Source: an archaeon
Lineage (GTDB): Archaea; Undinarchaeota; Undinarchaeia; Undinarchaeales; JBDRKL01
Reading direction: 5' to 3'
Length of the DNA stretch: 30,890 bases
Assembly (NCBI GenBank): GCA_043814055.1
Contig: JBDRKL010000003.1
Coordinates: forward strand, 1 to 30,890
This document shows positions 24,072-30,890 of the stretch, one piece after another. The translations under genes were made by a program, and so were the position numbers. Within the stretch, counting starts at the first letter, position 1. The number at the start of each line of letters is the position of its first letter. A model generated the notes under the pieces. The model did not search any database. It was not told where the DNA came from and saw only the letters and a list, made by a program, of their open reading frames with translations.

Positions 24072-26933
24072 CTATTTTCTGTTGTAGTAGAAATACCCTA
24101 CAATCAGGAATATCGCAACTACACCAAGGAGTTGGCCGCTACGCCTTGATGGTTGTATTGTTGCAAACCCTGTGACAGCTACGGTCTCCTCAGCCGCAAC
24201 CTCGTCCTCTCCTGCATTCTCGTCAGTATTTGGTTCAGATTCCTGCGCTTCAGTACCCTCAGGCATTTTCGTTGCTATTACAAAATATGAAAAGCCAGGA
24301 GTTTCCGCTGCATAGTTGTAGTAGCCCTCGCCCGAGCCGGTTTTTTTCGTAGGTAGCTCAACCCAGGTCCCGTTCACATTCCTGAGGAGAACTACTGACT
24401 CGTTTTTCTGGATCCACCCAGTGTCCGCCCTGAAGCGTATTTCCACTCTATCTACTGCGTCATTGTTGAAGTTTATAGGGTCAATGCTCAGGTATGCTCT
24501 TGCAACAGCGTCTGGCTCAGTAACGCCGGACGGCTTTCCCTTGTATCTCTTGACCTTCATCATGCCATTTTGTATGTTGCTTTTTGCAGTAAGCTTTATG
24601 GAATTCACGTAGAGCTGGTCCGCTTTTGTGAATGTTACTATTGCGCTCCTGCCACTTTCCATTGACGGGAGGTTTATGATTTGCTGGGGCAGCGGCTCGC
24701 CAATAGTCCCGCCTCCTGTAGTCCCTGTGGGTGCAGGAGCGGGCGGCAGCTGCGCTGCTTGTATTTTTATCTCAACAGTATCATTGCCCGAAAGCGTGCT
24801 ATTAGCCTCTCTTACTTTGAGCATTATGGCGTGGTCTGCCGCGCCAAGCGAGGAGGTGCTAAAGGCTGAATCATTGCTGAGCCAGCCGCCAACATCCGAG
24901 CTCCAGGTGTATTCAAGCGCGTCGCCGTCAATGTCATACGACTCCGAGCTGTTAAACATAAGGAGGGTACCCTGTGCATACGTCCCTGCGGTCGGGCTGG
25001 TTATTCTTGCGATCGGCGCTGTGTCAAGAATCTCTACTGCACTTGAGTTCACCGCAGCTCCGTAGTCAATTCCGTCATAAGGCGTGTATTCGGCAGTTGC
25101 AAAATCTCCTTTGGTAAAATTGCCAGGACCAAGAGTTGGTTGGTCTGAAACATATGCGCTATTAATGAACCATTTTATTATTGGTGTCATCTCAGTCTGG
25201 TTATCATTGTCAATGTAGCTGCCTGACACGCTCAGGGTGCTGTTCGCGTATGCAGTGCCTGGGCTTATGGTGACATTTGATATGCTCGGTGCCGAGTTTG
25301 TGGTGTTGTTTGTTGATTCATTTGCCGCCTCGCTCCTGAATTCAATTCTCAGCCAGTCAAGGTTCAGCTCGCTGCCAGTGCAGTTTGTGCAGGGCTGGTC
25401 GCTGTAAAGCATTGAAATGTTTCCGCCTGAAAGCAGCTGGCTGCATTCTCCGCTTGAGTCGCAAAGTTTGTATCGCAACAGGGAATATTTTGGATTTGGC
25501 ATCTTTCCCAGGGGAATCCACGACGCACTTCCGTCCCAGGCAGATATGTTTGAGTCATTGCTAGTTCTGTCCCTGTGGTTTGCAATCAAGTATATTGAAC
25601 TGACATTGCTGTACTTGCTACTAATTGAAAAGTTTACAAAAGCGCTGATGCCGCCGCAGTCCCCGCCTGAACATTGCTCGCTTATGTTAACAGGATTTTT
25701 GTCTTTTAATTCAAGCAGACTCAGCTCGCCAAGAGCAGTTCCGGTATCCACCTGCATGCCTAATGCGTTTGCGGTTTTCCACTGGGTTTCATTTTCAACT
25801 ATGACATAAAACGGCTCTGTGGTGGTTTCATTGTATTCGTTGATTCTGCAATTCCCATATGCAATCTTGAAGTAGCCATTGTCCTGCCACGAAGTGCCCC
25901 AGCTGTTCTTGGCTATCCAGTAGCCTCCTGTGTCGTTGTAGCCCACGAGGCTCACCCCATGCCCTACGTTTTCATTATATGTCGTGACATTTTCGCATCT
26001 GTAAATTTCATTAGAATAATTATTGCTCTGCATGTAAAGATATGTTGTGAGCGGTCCCTCTGCGATTATATACTCCTTGATTTGGGAGTCCGGCACGCTG
26101 CCCCAGCTGTCTATGTGCCACTGCCTCCTGTCATATGCCGGACATCTTGAGCAGGCTGAATTTGAATAAATATAGGGGGTGCAGGACTCGTCGGTTATAC
26201 CCTGTGTCCTGACGTATTCCAGGGCATTGTCCGACCACCCGCCGCTACAGTTATGCCCAAGCAAGCAGTCGGAGACCAGCTCCTGCTCTGAAAGGTCAAC
26301 ATTAAAATTTGAGTCGTTCCTTGCAATTTTTATTTTTGCCTCAATGCTTGCAAGCGCGGCAAATGCCCAGCAGCTTCCGCAGCCATTCTGGCTCTTCACG
26401 GGCGTGTTCCAGTTCTGTCCATTATAGTTCCTCCAGTCAAATTCGCTCGGCAATCCTACCGAAGTTTCCAGCGCTGGGTTTTCCACAAAACTTGCGCTGG
26501 GTGTTTGGAGTGTTCCGCTGGTGTCATCTCCAATCCCCATAAGTCCCATAAGGCTGGTAACAGACATATCCACTGCTTCAGCAGTCACTATTTCAGAATT
26601 AGGAATGCAAACAGCGTAATCAGAAGAAAACGGGTTGTTGCCATCTGTCCTGGTCACAATCCCATACCCATTCTTGGCGCAATACGAATACTCAGCGCCG
26701 CACTTCCCCTCAAGGAAGTCCCAGTCCCCGCACTCAACGCCCTCGGCAAGCACGCAGACCCCGCTCTCCCCCTCTATAGTTAAAACTTTTTTGTATTCGT
26801 GTCCAAGCTCCTGGCAGTAAACCGCGGCAGGATTCGCCATTCCGACTGTTGCTGCAAAAGCTCCGGTTGCCGATACAGCGAAAAGCATTGCAAAAAGCAG
26901 GCACATCGCTTTCCATAGATTAAACTTTTTCAT
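24072..26933 (-). CDS. Surface-anchored C1A (papain-family) cysteine peptidase with DUF333-like N-terminus, Ig/PKD-like domains, PGF-pre-PGF domain and C-terminal TM
   Basis: Signal peptide, GMANPAAVYC, FDWR, QNGCGSCWAFA, LSEQELV, GHGVSLVGY, KNSWG, AETPGFSYFVI, TM then RK. Confidence 0.9.
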   Translation of the reverse strand: MKKFNLWKAMCLLFAMLFAVSATGAFAATVGMANPAAVYCQELGHEYKKVLTIEGESGVCVLAEGVECGDWDFLEGKCGAEYSYCAKNGYGIVTRTDGNNPFSSDYAVCIPNSEIVTAEAVDMSVTSLMGLMGIGDDTSGTLQTPSASFVENPALETSVGLPSEFDWRNYNGQNWNTPVKSQNGCGSCWAFAALASIEAKIKIARNDSNFNVDLSEQELVSDCLLGHNCSGGWSDNALEYVRTQGITDESCTPYIYSNSACSRCPAYDRRQWHIDSWGSVPDSQIKEYIIAEGPLTTYLYMQSNNYSNEIYRCENVTTYNENVGHGVSLVGYNDTGGYWIAKNSWGTSWQDNGYFKIAYGNCRINEYNETTTEPFYVIVENETQWKTANALGMQVDTGTALGELSLLELKDKNPVNISEQCSGGDCGGISAFVNFSISSKYSNVSSIYLIANHRDRTSNDSNISAWDGSASWIPLGKMPNPKYSLLRYKLCDSSGECSQLLSGGNISMLYSDQPCTNCTGSELNLDWLRIEFRSEAANESTNNTTNSAPSISNVTISPGTAYANSTLSVSGSYIDNDNQTEMTPIIKWFINSAYVSDQPTLGPGNFTKGDFATAEYTPYDGIDYGAAVNSSAVEILDTAPIARITSPTAGTYAQGTLLMFNSSESYDIDGDALEYTWSSDVGGWLSNDSAFSTSSLGAADHAIMLKVREANSTLSGNDTVEIKIQAAQLPPAPAPTGTTGGGTIGEPLPQQIINLPSMESGRSAIVTFTKADQLYVNSIKLTAKSNIQNGMMKVKRYKGKPSGVTEPDAVARAYLSIDPINFNNDAVDRVEIRFRADTGWIQKNESVVLLRNVNGTWVELPTKKTGSGEGYYNYAAETPGFSYFVIATKMPEGTEAQESEPNTDENAGEDEVAAEETVAVTGFATIQPSRRSGQLLGVVAIFLIVGYFYYNRK

Positions 26934-27101
26934 TTTAATTCTTTGCAGGCTGTAAATCCAAACATCTGGTAAAGCTCAAACGCGCCGGCAATGCCATTTT
27001 AAGTCTGCCTATAATCCGTGCCGAAGAATCCTTAAATACTTTGTCTTCTGCCCTGCTGTGCACAGAGAAGATTTATAAATAACCCTAAATTACTACGCTA
27101 T

Positions 27102-28103
27102 ATGGGGAAAAGTTCAATATTTCTAATCACATTTGCTATAATTCTTGTTATCGCTTTCTCAGGCTGCACCAGCGACGAAGAACCCGTGCCAGTGAGCAAT
27201 GTGACTCCTCACTTTGACCGCTCGTGCCCAGTTTCTTGTGATGACAGTGATGCTTGCACCGAGGATGTATGCTCAGCTGACACAGGCTATAACTGCGTAG
27301 CCCGCGTAATAATTCCTTGCTGCGGCGATGGCATTTGTGAGGGGGATGAAACTCCTTACGACTGCAGCGATGACTGCGGAGAAGTTAATGTGGACTGCGA
27401 AAACTTGACTTGTCTAAACAAGTGCATTGGAAACACATACTACCGCGACGGTCTTTGCAACATTAACAGCGGCCTTTGCGAATACCAAGTGGACAAAAGC
27501 TCGCCCACCTGTGGATATGTCCCGCTTGAGTACGAGGCAGATGGCAGTGCAATGCTCTACGAACACCGGCAGTTCAATGAGAGCAACGGGTATATGCACG
27601 TTGTCGGCTTGGTTAAGAACGATGGCAAAGTCAACATCAAGGACATCAAGCTCACGATTCGTCTGTACAAGGTGAATGACGTGCTGTTAGAAAGCCACAC
27701 GATTTATGCAATGCACTCTGTGCTTGAGCCAGACGCGCTGTCTCCTTTCCGGCTCACTCTGTTACAGAATGATGATTACGATCACTATGACGTTTCAATT
27801 ACTTCATTCGTGAAAACACTAACCTCTCCTCGCGGCACAATTTCTTTCTATGATGACCGGGCTCGAGAAGATGATGGTTACTACTACGTTGAGGGGAATG
27901 TGACCAACAATGGAGACGGCGAGGAGGATAACATAAAAATCATAGTTGCGATTTACGACGAGGTCGGCAAGATATTGTACGCTGAGAAAATCACCCCGAC
28001 GCCGACACGCCTAAGCCCTAATGCGAACGCTACTTTCCAGTCCGCCTCACGGCTTTCAATGTTGCCTGAAGGAATTGATATGTACAGGGTGTGGGTTGAG
28101 TAG
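27102..28103 (+). CDS. Putative lipoprotein with Cys-rich repeats and two FxLYD-like Ig domains
   Basis: Lipobox-like FSGC; CDDSDACTEDVC and CCGDGICEGDE...DCSDDC; two VxGxVxNxG...[LI]Y repeats. Confidence 0.75.
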   Translation: MGKSSIFLITFAIILVIAFSGCTSDEEPVPVSNVTPHFDRSCPVSCDDSDACTEDVCSADTGYNCVARVIIPCCGDGICEGDETPYDCSDDCGEVNVDCENLTCLNKCIGNTYYRDGLCNINSGLCEYQVDKSSPTCGYVPLEYEADGSAMLYEHRQFNESNGYMHVVGLVKNDGKVNIKDIKLTIRLYKVNDVLLESHTIYAMHSVLEPDALSPFRLTLLQNDDYDHYDVSITSFVKTLTSPRGTISFYDDRAREDDGYYYVEGNVTNNGDGEEDNIKIIVAIYDEVGKILYAEKITPTPTRLSPNANATFQSASRLSMLPEGIDMYRVWVE

Positions 28104-28111
28104 GTGGCAGT

Positions 28112-28573
28112 TCACTTTTCTTTTACCACTAATCTACCAAAGTCTCTTCCTGAAATTTCTTGCACAGCGCTGTTCCAGCTGCACCGGCTGAGCCTCATAC
28201 TTGTTTCTCTAAGAACTGTGAAATAGAATTGCTCAGTTGGATAATGCTGATTCATTATAATCTTGACTCTTTCAACAACTTCTTTAACTTTGTTTACATC
28301 TCTGTTCAAATAAACTGCGCCAGATTCTATTGCTTCTTTAACGCCGGATGCAAGGGAGCCTGCGTTTAATTTATGGATGAACGTTGGTGCGTTTGCTGGT
28401 GGCAAGATGAATACAGGTATCTTCTTTGCGTCTGCAGTTTTGATTTGTTTTATAACATCCCCTGGTACTTCTCCAGAGTCTTTAGAGAGGAGAGCGAATG
28501 CGTTGATATTATCTTTCATAAGCTCGCCCATTATTCTAGCGCAGTCGCTGTCTGAAATTGAAACAACCCCCAA
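28112..28573 (-). CDS. Hypothetical protein (possibly the frameshifted 3' half of 28536-29396)
   Basis: 153-aa ORF with a TTG start, overlapping the upstream ORF by 38 nt; AT-rich. Confidence 0.5.
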   Translation of the reverse strand: MGVVSISDSDCARIMGELMKDNINAFALLSKDSGEVPGDVIKQIKTADAKKIPVFILPPANAPTFIHKLNAGSLASGVKEAIESGAVYLNRDVNKVKEVVERVKIIMNQHYPTEQFYFTVLRETSMRLSRCSWNSAVQEISGRDFGRLVVKEK

Positions 28574-29396
28574 CTTCTATCAGGGTTTTTAGCAGGCCCA
28601 TCTCTTTCTTCAGCCATTCCTCTTCAAGCTTTTGGGATGCCGCCTTCAGCTTTTTGCTGAACTCAAAATCTAGCTCTTCAACTTCTTTTGCGAATTCTAC
28701 TGTAGTAATCTCGCCAAACTTTATATGGCCTAAATAGTCAGGGTAGCGCTGGCTTATGAACGTATGCAAGCTCCTCTTGTATTTTCTCCATTCATATTCA
28801 AACATCTCTCTGCTTAGTTTTCCCTCACTGCCTTTTGGGACGGGGCGGCATATTCCAGAGTCTGGCAAATCATATTTGCCCGACCTTGACAGGCTAATCA
28901 TGCTGCTCACTGGCGTGCCAAACATAGTGGCTGTGCCGATTATTATTTTTGGTTCTAGGTGAAGCTTGTTATAGACTGCCTCTATTCTTGACGGGATGCA
29001 ACTGTATCTGCCATATCCACAAAAATAGCATACCTTAAGTTTTGTAGCGAGTTTTTCAACATGCTCCTGAAATTCTTTAAATGCTTTGCTTTCATCATAG
29101 TTTGCATAAGTTTCTATCTTTTTTACAGAATCAATGTCAATGCCTTTTTCTTTAAAATATTCATACGTTTTAAAGCCGCTCTCTCTTTTCCAGGGTTCTA
29201 TTACAATAAGAGTTCCAGCATCCTGCGCTATCTTCATAACTCTTGTAAGCCCCTCTAAATTATATTTTGCACTTGCGTTGCGATATTCATAGAGCTCCCT
29301 GCTCTTGTGTTTCTTTAAATCATACTTTCCTAAATAAGAGTATAAACTGTCTGGATGCACTACCCAAAGAATCCCTGTGCTGTTATCCTCTGCCAT
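28536..29396 (-). CDS. Hypothetical protein, weak isochorismatase/cysteine-hydrolase-like pattern
   Basis: ILWVVHPD and CYFCGYGRYSCI resemble the first strand and G-x5-C motif of that fold (recall only); AT-rich. Confidence 0.55.
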   Translation of the reverse strand: MAEDNSTGILWVVHPDSLYSYLGKYDLKKHKSRELYEYRNASAKYNLEGLTRVMKIAQDAGTLIVIEPWKRESGFKTYEYFKEKGIDIDSVKKIETYANYDESKAFKEFQEHVEKLATKLKVCYFCGYGRYSCIPSRIEAVYNKLHLEPKIIIGTATMFGTPVSSMISLSRSGKYDLPDSGICRPVPKGSEGKLSREMFEYEWRKYKRSLHTFISQRYPDYLGHIKFGEITTVEFAKEVEELDFEFSKKLKAASQKLEEEWLKKEMGLLKTLIEVGGCFNFRQRLR

Positions 29397-29436
29397 ATCA
29401 ATCCTATGTGATTTGTACTTAATAAAAGTGTTGAAG

Positions 29437-29535
29437 TGGACCCGTCGAGATTTGAACTCGAGGCCTCAACCAGTCAGGACCTGCAAACTTGCAGATTTGC
29501 CAGGGTTGCGCTCTACCAAGCTGAGCTACGGGCCC
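29437..29535 (-). tRNA. tRNA-Ala(GGC) with 25-nt intron at 37/38 (intron 29473-29497)
   Basis: Acceptor GGGCCCG/CGGGTCC with G3-U70 and A73; anticodon arm CAACC-CTGGCA^T-GGTTG; relaxed bulge-helix-bulge at the junctions. Confidence 0.92.
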
Positions 29536-29616
29536 AATTTAGATCAAATAAATGGAGTTTGCCCTATTTATCTTATTCCCCAAAACTTTATTATACCCTA
29601 TTCCTAATTCTGATAC

Positions 29617-29991
29617 ATGGGCAATGATAAAAACATAACAGAAGCATCTCTCGGCAAGAACGGATTTATTTGTGCTTACATTATGGATACGGCTTTTCAA
29701 AAGTATGGCAAGAAGCGGAGCGGTCGGATGTACATAACCTACGAGCAATATGGGCAGGTATACGACGAAGCTCGTGGCGCTTCTTTTTTTGATTTTAGCC
29801 GCATTGTTCTTATCAGCTCAATAAACTCTCTCGTAAACTTGTTTTTCATTGAAAAAAAGATAGTTGAAAACAACCTCCGCATACTCGTAAAAGGTCCCTC
29901 CTACCAAACAATAAGGGAAGACCTAATTTCTAGGGCTGATGAATACGCGAAATACCTAAATAAAATTGGGTGGGTCGAAAATGACCGCTGA
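29617..29991 (+). CDS. Hypothetical protein
   Basis: 124-aa ORF with AAAACTTTATTATA promoter-like sequence upstream; overlaps the HIT start. Confidence 0.5.
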   Translation: MGNDKNITEASLGKNGFICAYIMDTAFQKYGKKRSGRMYITYEQYGQVYDEARGASFFDFSRIVLISSINSLVNLFFIEKKIVENNLRILVKGPSYQTIREDLISRADEYAKYLNKIGWVENDR

Positions 29992-30367
29992 CTGCATCTT
30001 CTGCAAAATCGCAGCGGGCGAAATCCCTTCTAAGAAGTTCTACGAGGACGACGACTGCATAGGATTCCTTGATATCAACCCTATGTCCAAGGGGCACGCC
30101 CTGCTCGTCACGAAACAGCACTACGACAGCATACTTGACGTCCCGCCGGAAGATGCCAAGGAGCTCTTCGCCAAGGCGCAGATGCTCAGCGCAACGCTTA
30201 AGCAGAAGCTCGGCGCGCAGCTGATTTACTTGATGGTAATGGGTGATGAGATTGCCCATGTGCACTTCCACTTAATTCCATTCTACGGCGAGAAGCTTTT
30301 CCAGACGCTGGGCAAGGATGAGACAGATTTGGATGAAGTGCTTAAATCTATAAAGGCTCTGCAATGA
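29981..30367 (+). CDS. HIT-family (histidine triad) protein
   Basis: DCIFCKI, FLDINP..KGHAL, HVHFHLIP; ATG at 29981. Confidence 0.92.
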   Translation: MTADCIFCKIAAGEIPSKKFYEDDDCIGFLDINPMSKGHALLVTKQHYDSILDVPPEDAKELFAKAQMLSATLKQKLGAQLIYLMVMGDEIAHVHFHLIPFYGEKLFQTLGKDETDLDEVLKSIKALQ

Positions 30368-30890
30368 ACTCTTTCTTTAAAAAGCGCAAGGCAGTTCTGC
30401 TATTCCTCACCGCATTCACATCCCTGGTGCTCATCCTGAGCGTCGCTAGTTTTCTCGTCTCAAAAAACCCAGTCTTAATTCCGCTGCTCAAAAACTTCGT
30501 CCAGCAGCACGGTCTTATGGGAGGCTTTGCAGTCTCTTTTACCGGCAGTCTATGGTTTGTCCTTTTCCCGCACGAGATAATCCTTGCGCCAATCCTGAGG
30601 TTCTATGAGCCAGCATATGTGGCAATACTGGTATTTGCATTTGGCGCAGTGTTCGCAGACACAATAAACTTTTTCTCAGGCAGGTATCTCGGCGAGGCAG
30701 TCCTGCACAAGAGGATAAAGCCGGAAAAGCTCGCGCAGATACAGGGGGTCCTGGACCGATGGGGCATGTACACGCTCATCCTGTTCGGCTTCGTTGGTCC
30801 GGTGACCTCTTACGACCTGCTCGCGCTGGTGCTGGGCGCTTTTTCAAAAATGAAGTTCCGCACGTTCATCGCCGTGACCATACCGGCGCG
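30364..30890 (+). CDS. VTT/DedA (SNARE-associated) membrane protein, 3'-truncated
   Basis: Absent from the ORF track because it has no stop. ATGA-coupled to HIT; translates GAVFADTINFFSGRYLG...YDLLALVLGAFSKMKFRTFI. Confidence 0.8.
   Translation, partial: MNSFFKKRKAVLLFLTAFTSLVLILSVASFLVSKNPVLIPLLKNFVQQHGLMGGFAVSFTGSLWFVLFPHEIILAPILRFYEPAYVAILVFAFGAVFADTINFFSGRYLGEAVLHKRIKPEKLAQIQGVLDRWGMYTLILFGFVGPVTSYDLLALVLGAFSKMKFRTFIAVTIPA

Noticed and set aside
23724-29535. Integrated virus/plasmid bounded by tRNA att sites
   Set aside because: No integrase or viral genes; the tRNA-end duplications are only 81-129 nt apart, and I saw no distal copy of the tRNA-Ala 3' end.
1311-30271. Numerous 60-160 aa ORFs antisense to or nested in the called genes
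   Set aside because: Shadow frames of well-supported CDSs or tRNAs, with no motifs or expression signals of their own.
1-30890. CRISPR array, rRNA, transposase or reverse transcriptase
   Set aside because: No regularly spaced repeat-spacer units, rRNA-like sequence or such protein motifs were seen.

Overview
Archaeal chromosomal window (TATA/BRE-type promoters ~25 nt before mostly leaderless ATGs, archaeal FtsZ2, TrmB, Elp3, ATP-dependent ligase, BHB-type tRNA intron; surface-protein style suggests a DPANN-like lineage, not provable here). 1-9.8 kb is a co-oriented cluster of secreted or membrane-anchored beta-rich proteins that reads like an uncharacterised donor-strand-type fibre/pilus system. 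It has a giant 5'-truncated adhesin (Ig repeats, 7-blade DxDxDG propeller, C-terminal subunit domain), a tiny strand-only peptide, three paralogous ~190-aa subunits with a [IL][TS]G[FM]A motif after the N-terminal hydrophobic segment, a chaperone/DUF916-like membrane protein and a membrane anchor with an internal copy of the motif. The middle holds housekeeping genes (elp3, XRE regulator, cutA, degenerate endonuclease V, TrmB, lig, ftsZ). 20.1-23.1 kb is a compact asparagine locus (Lrp/AsnC, AsnRS-like asparagine synthetase preceded by an Asn-codon leader ORF and RNA structure, tRNA-Asn, asnS). Related twin-hairpin elements sit between direct repeats of tRNA ends at tRNA-Asn and tRNA-Glu. The right end has a surface papain-family protease, a Cys-rich lipoprotein, an intron-containing tRNA-Ala, a HIT protein and a truncated VTT/DedA gene. 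All calls are by eye; no searches were run.
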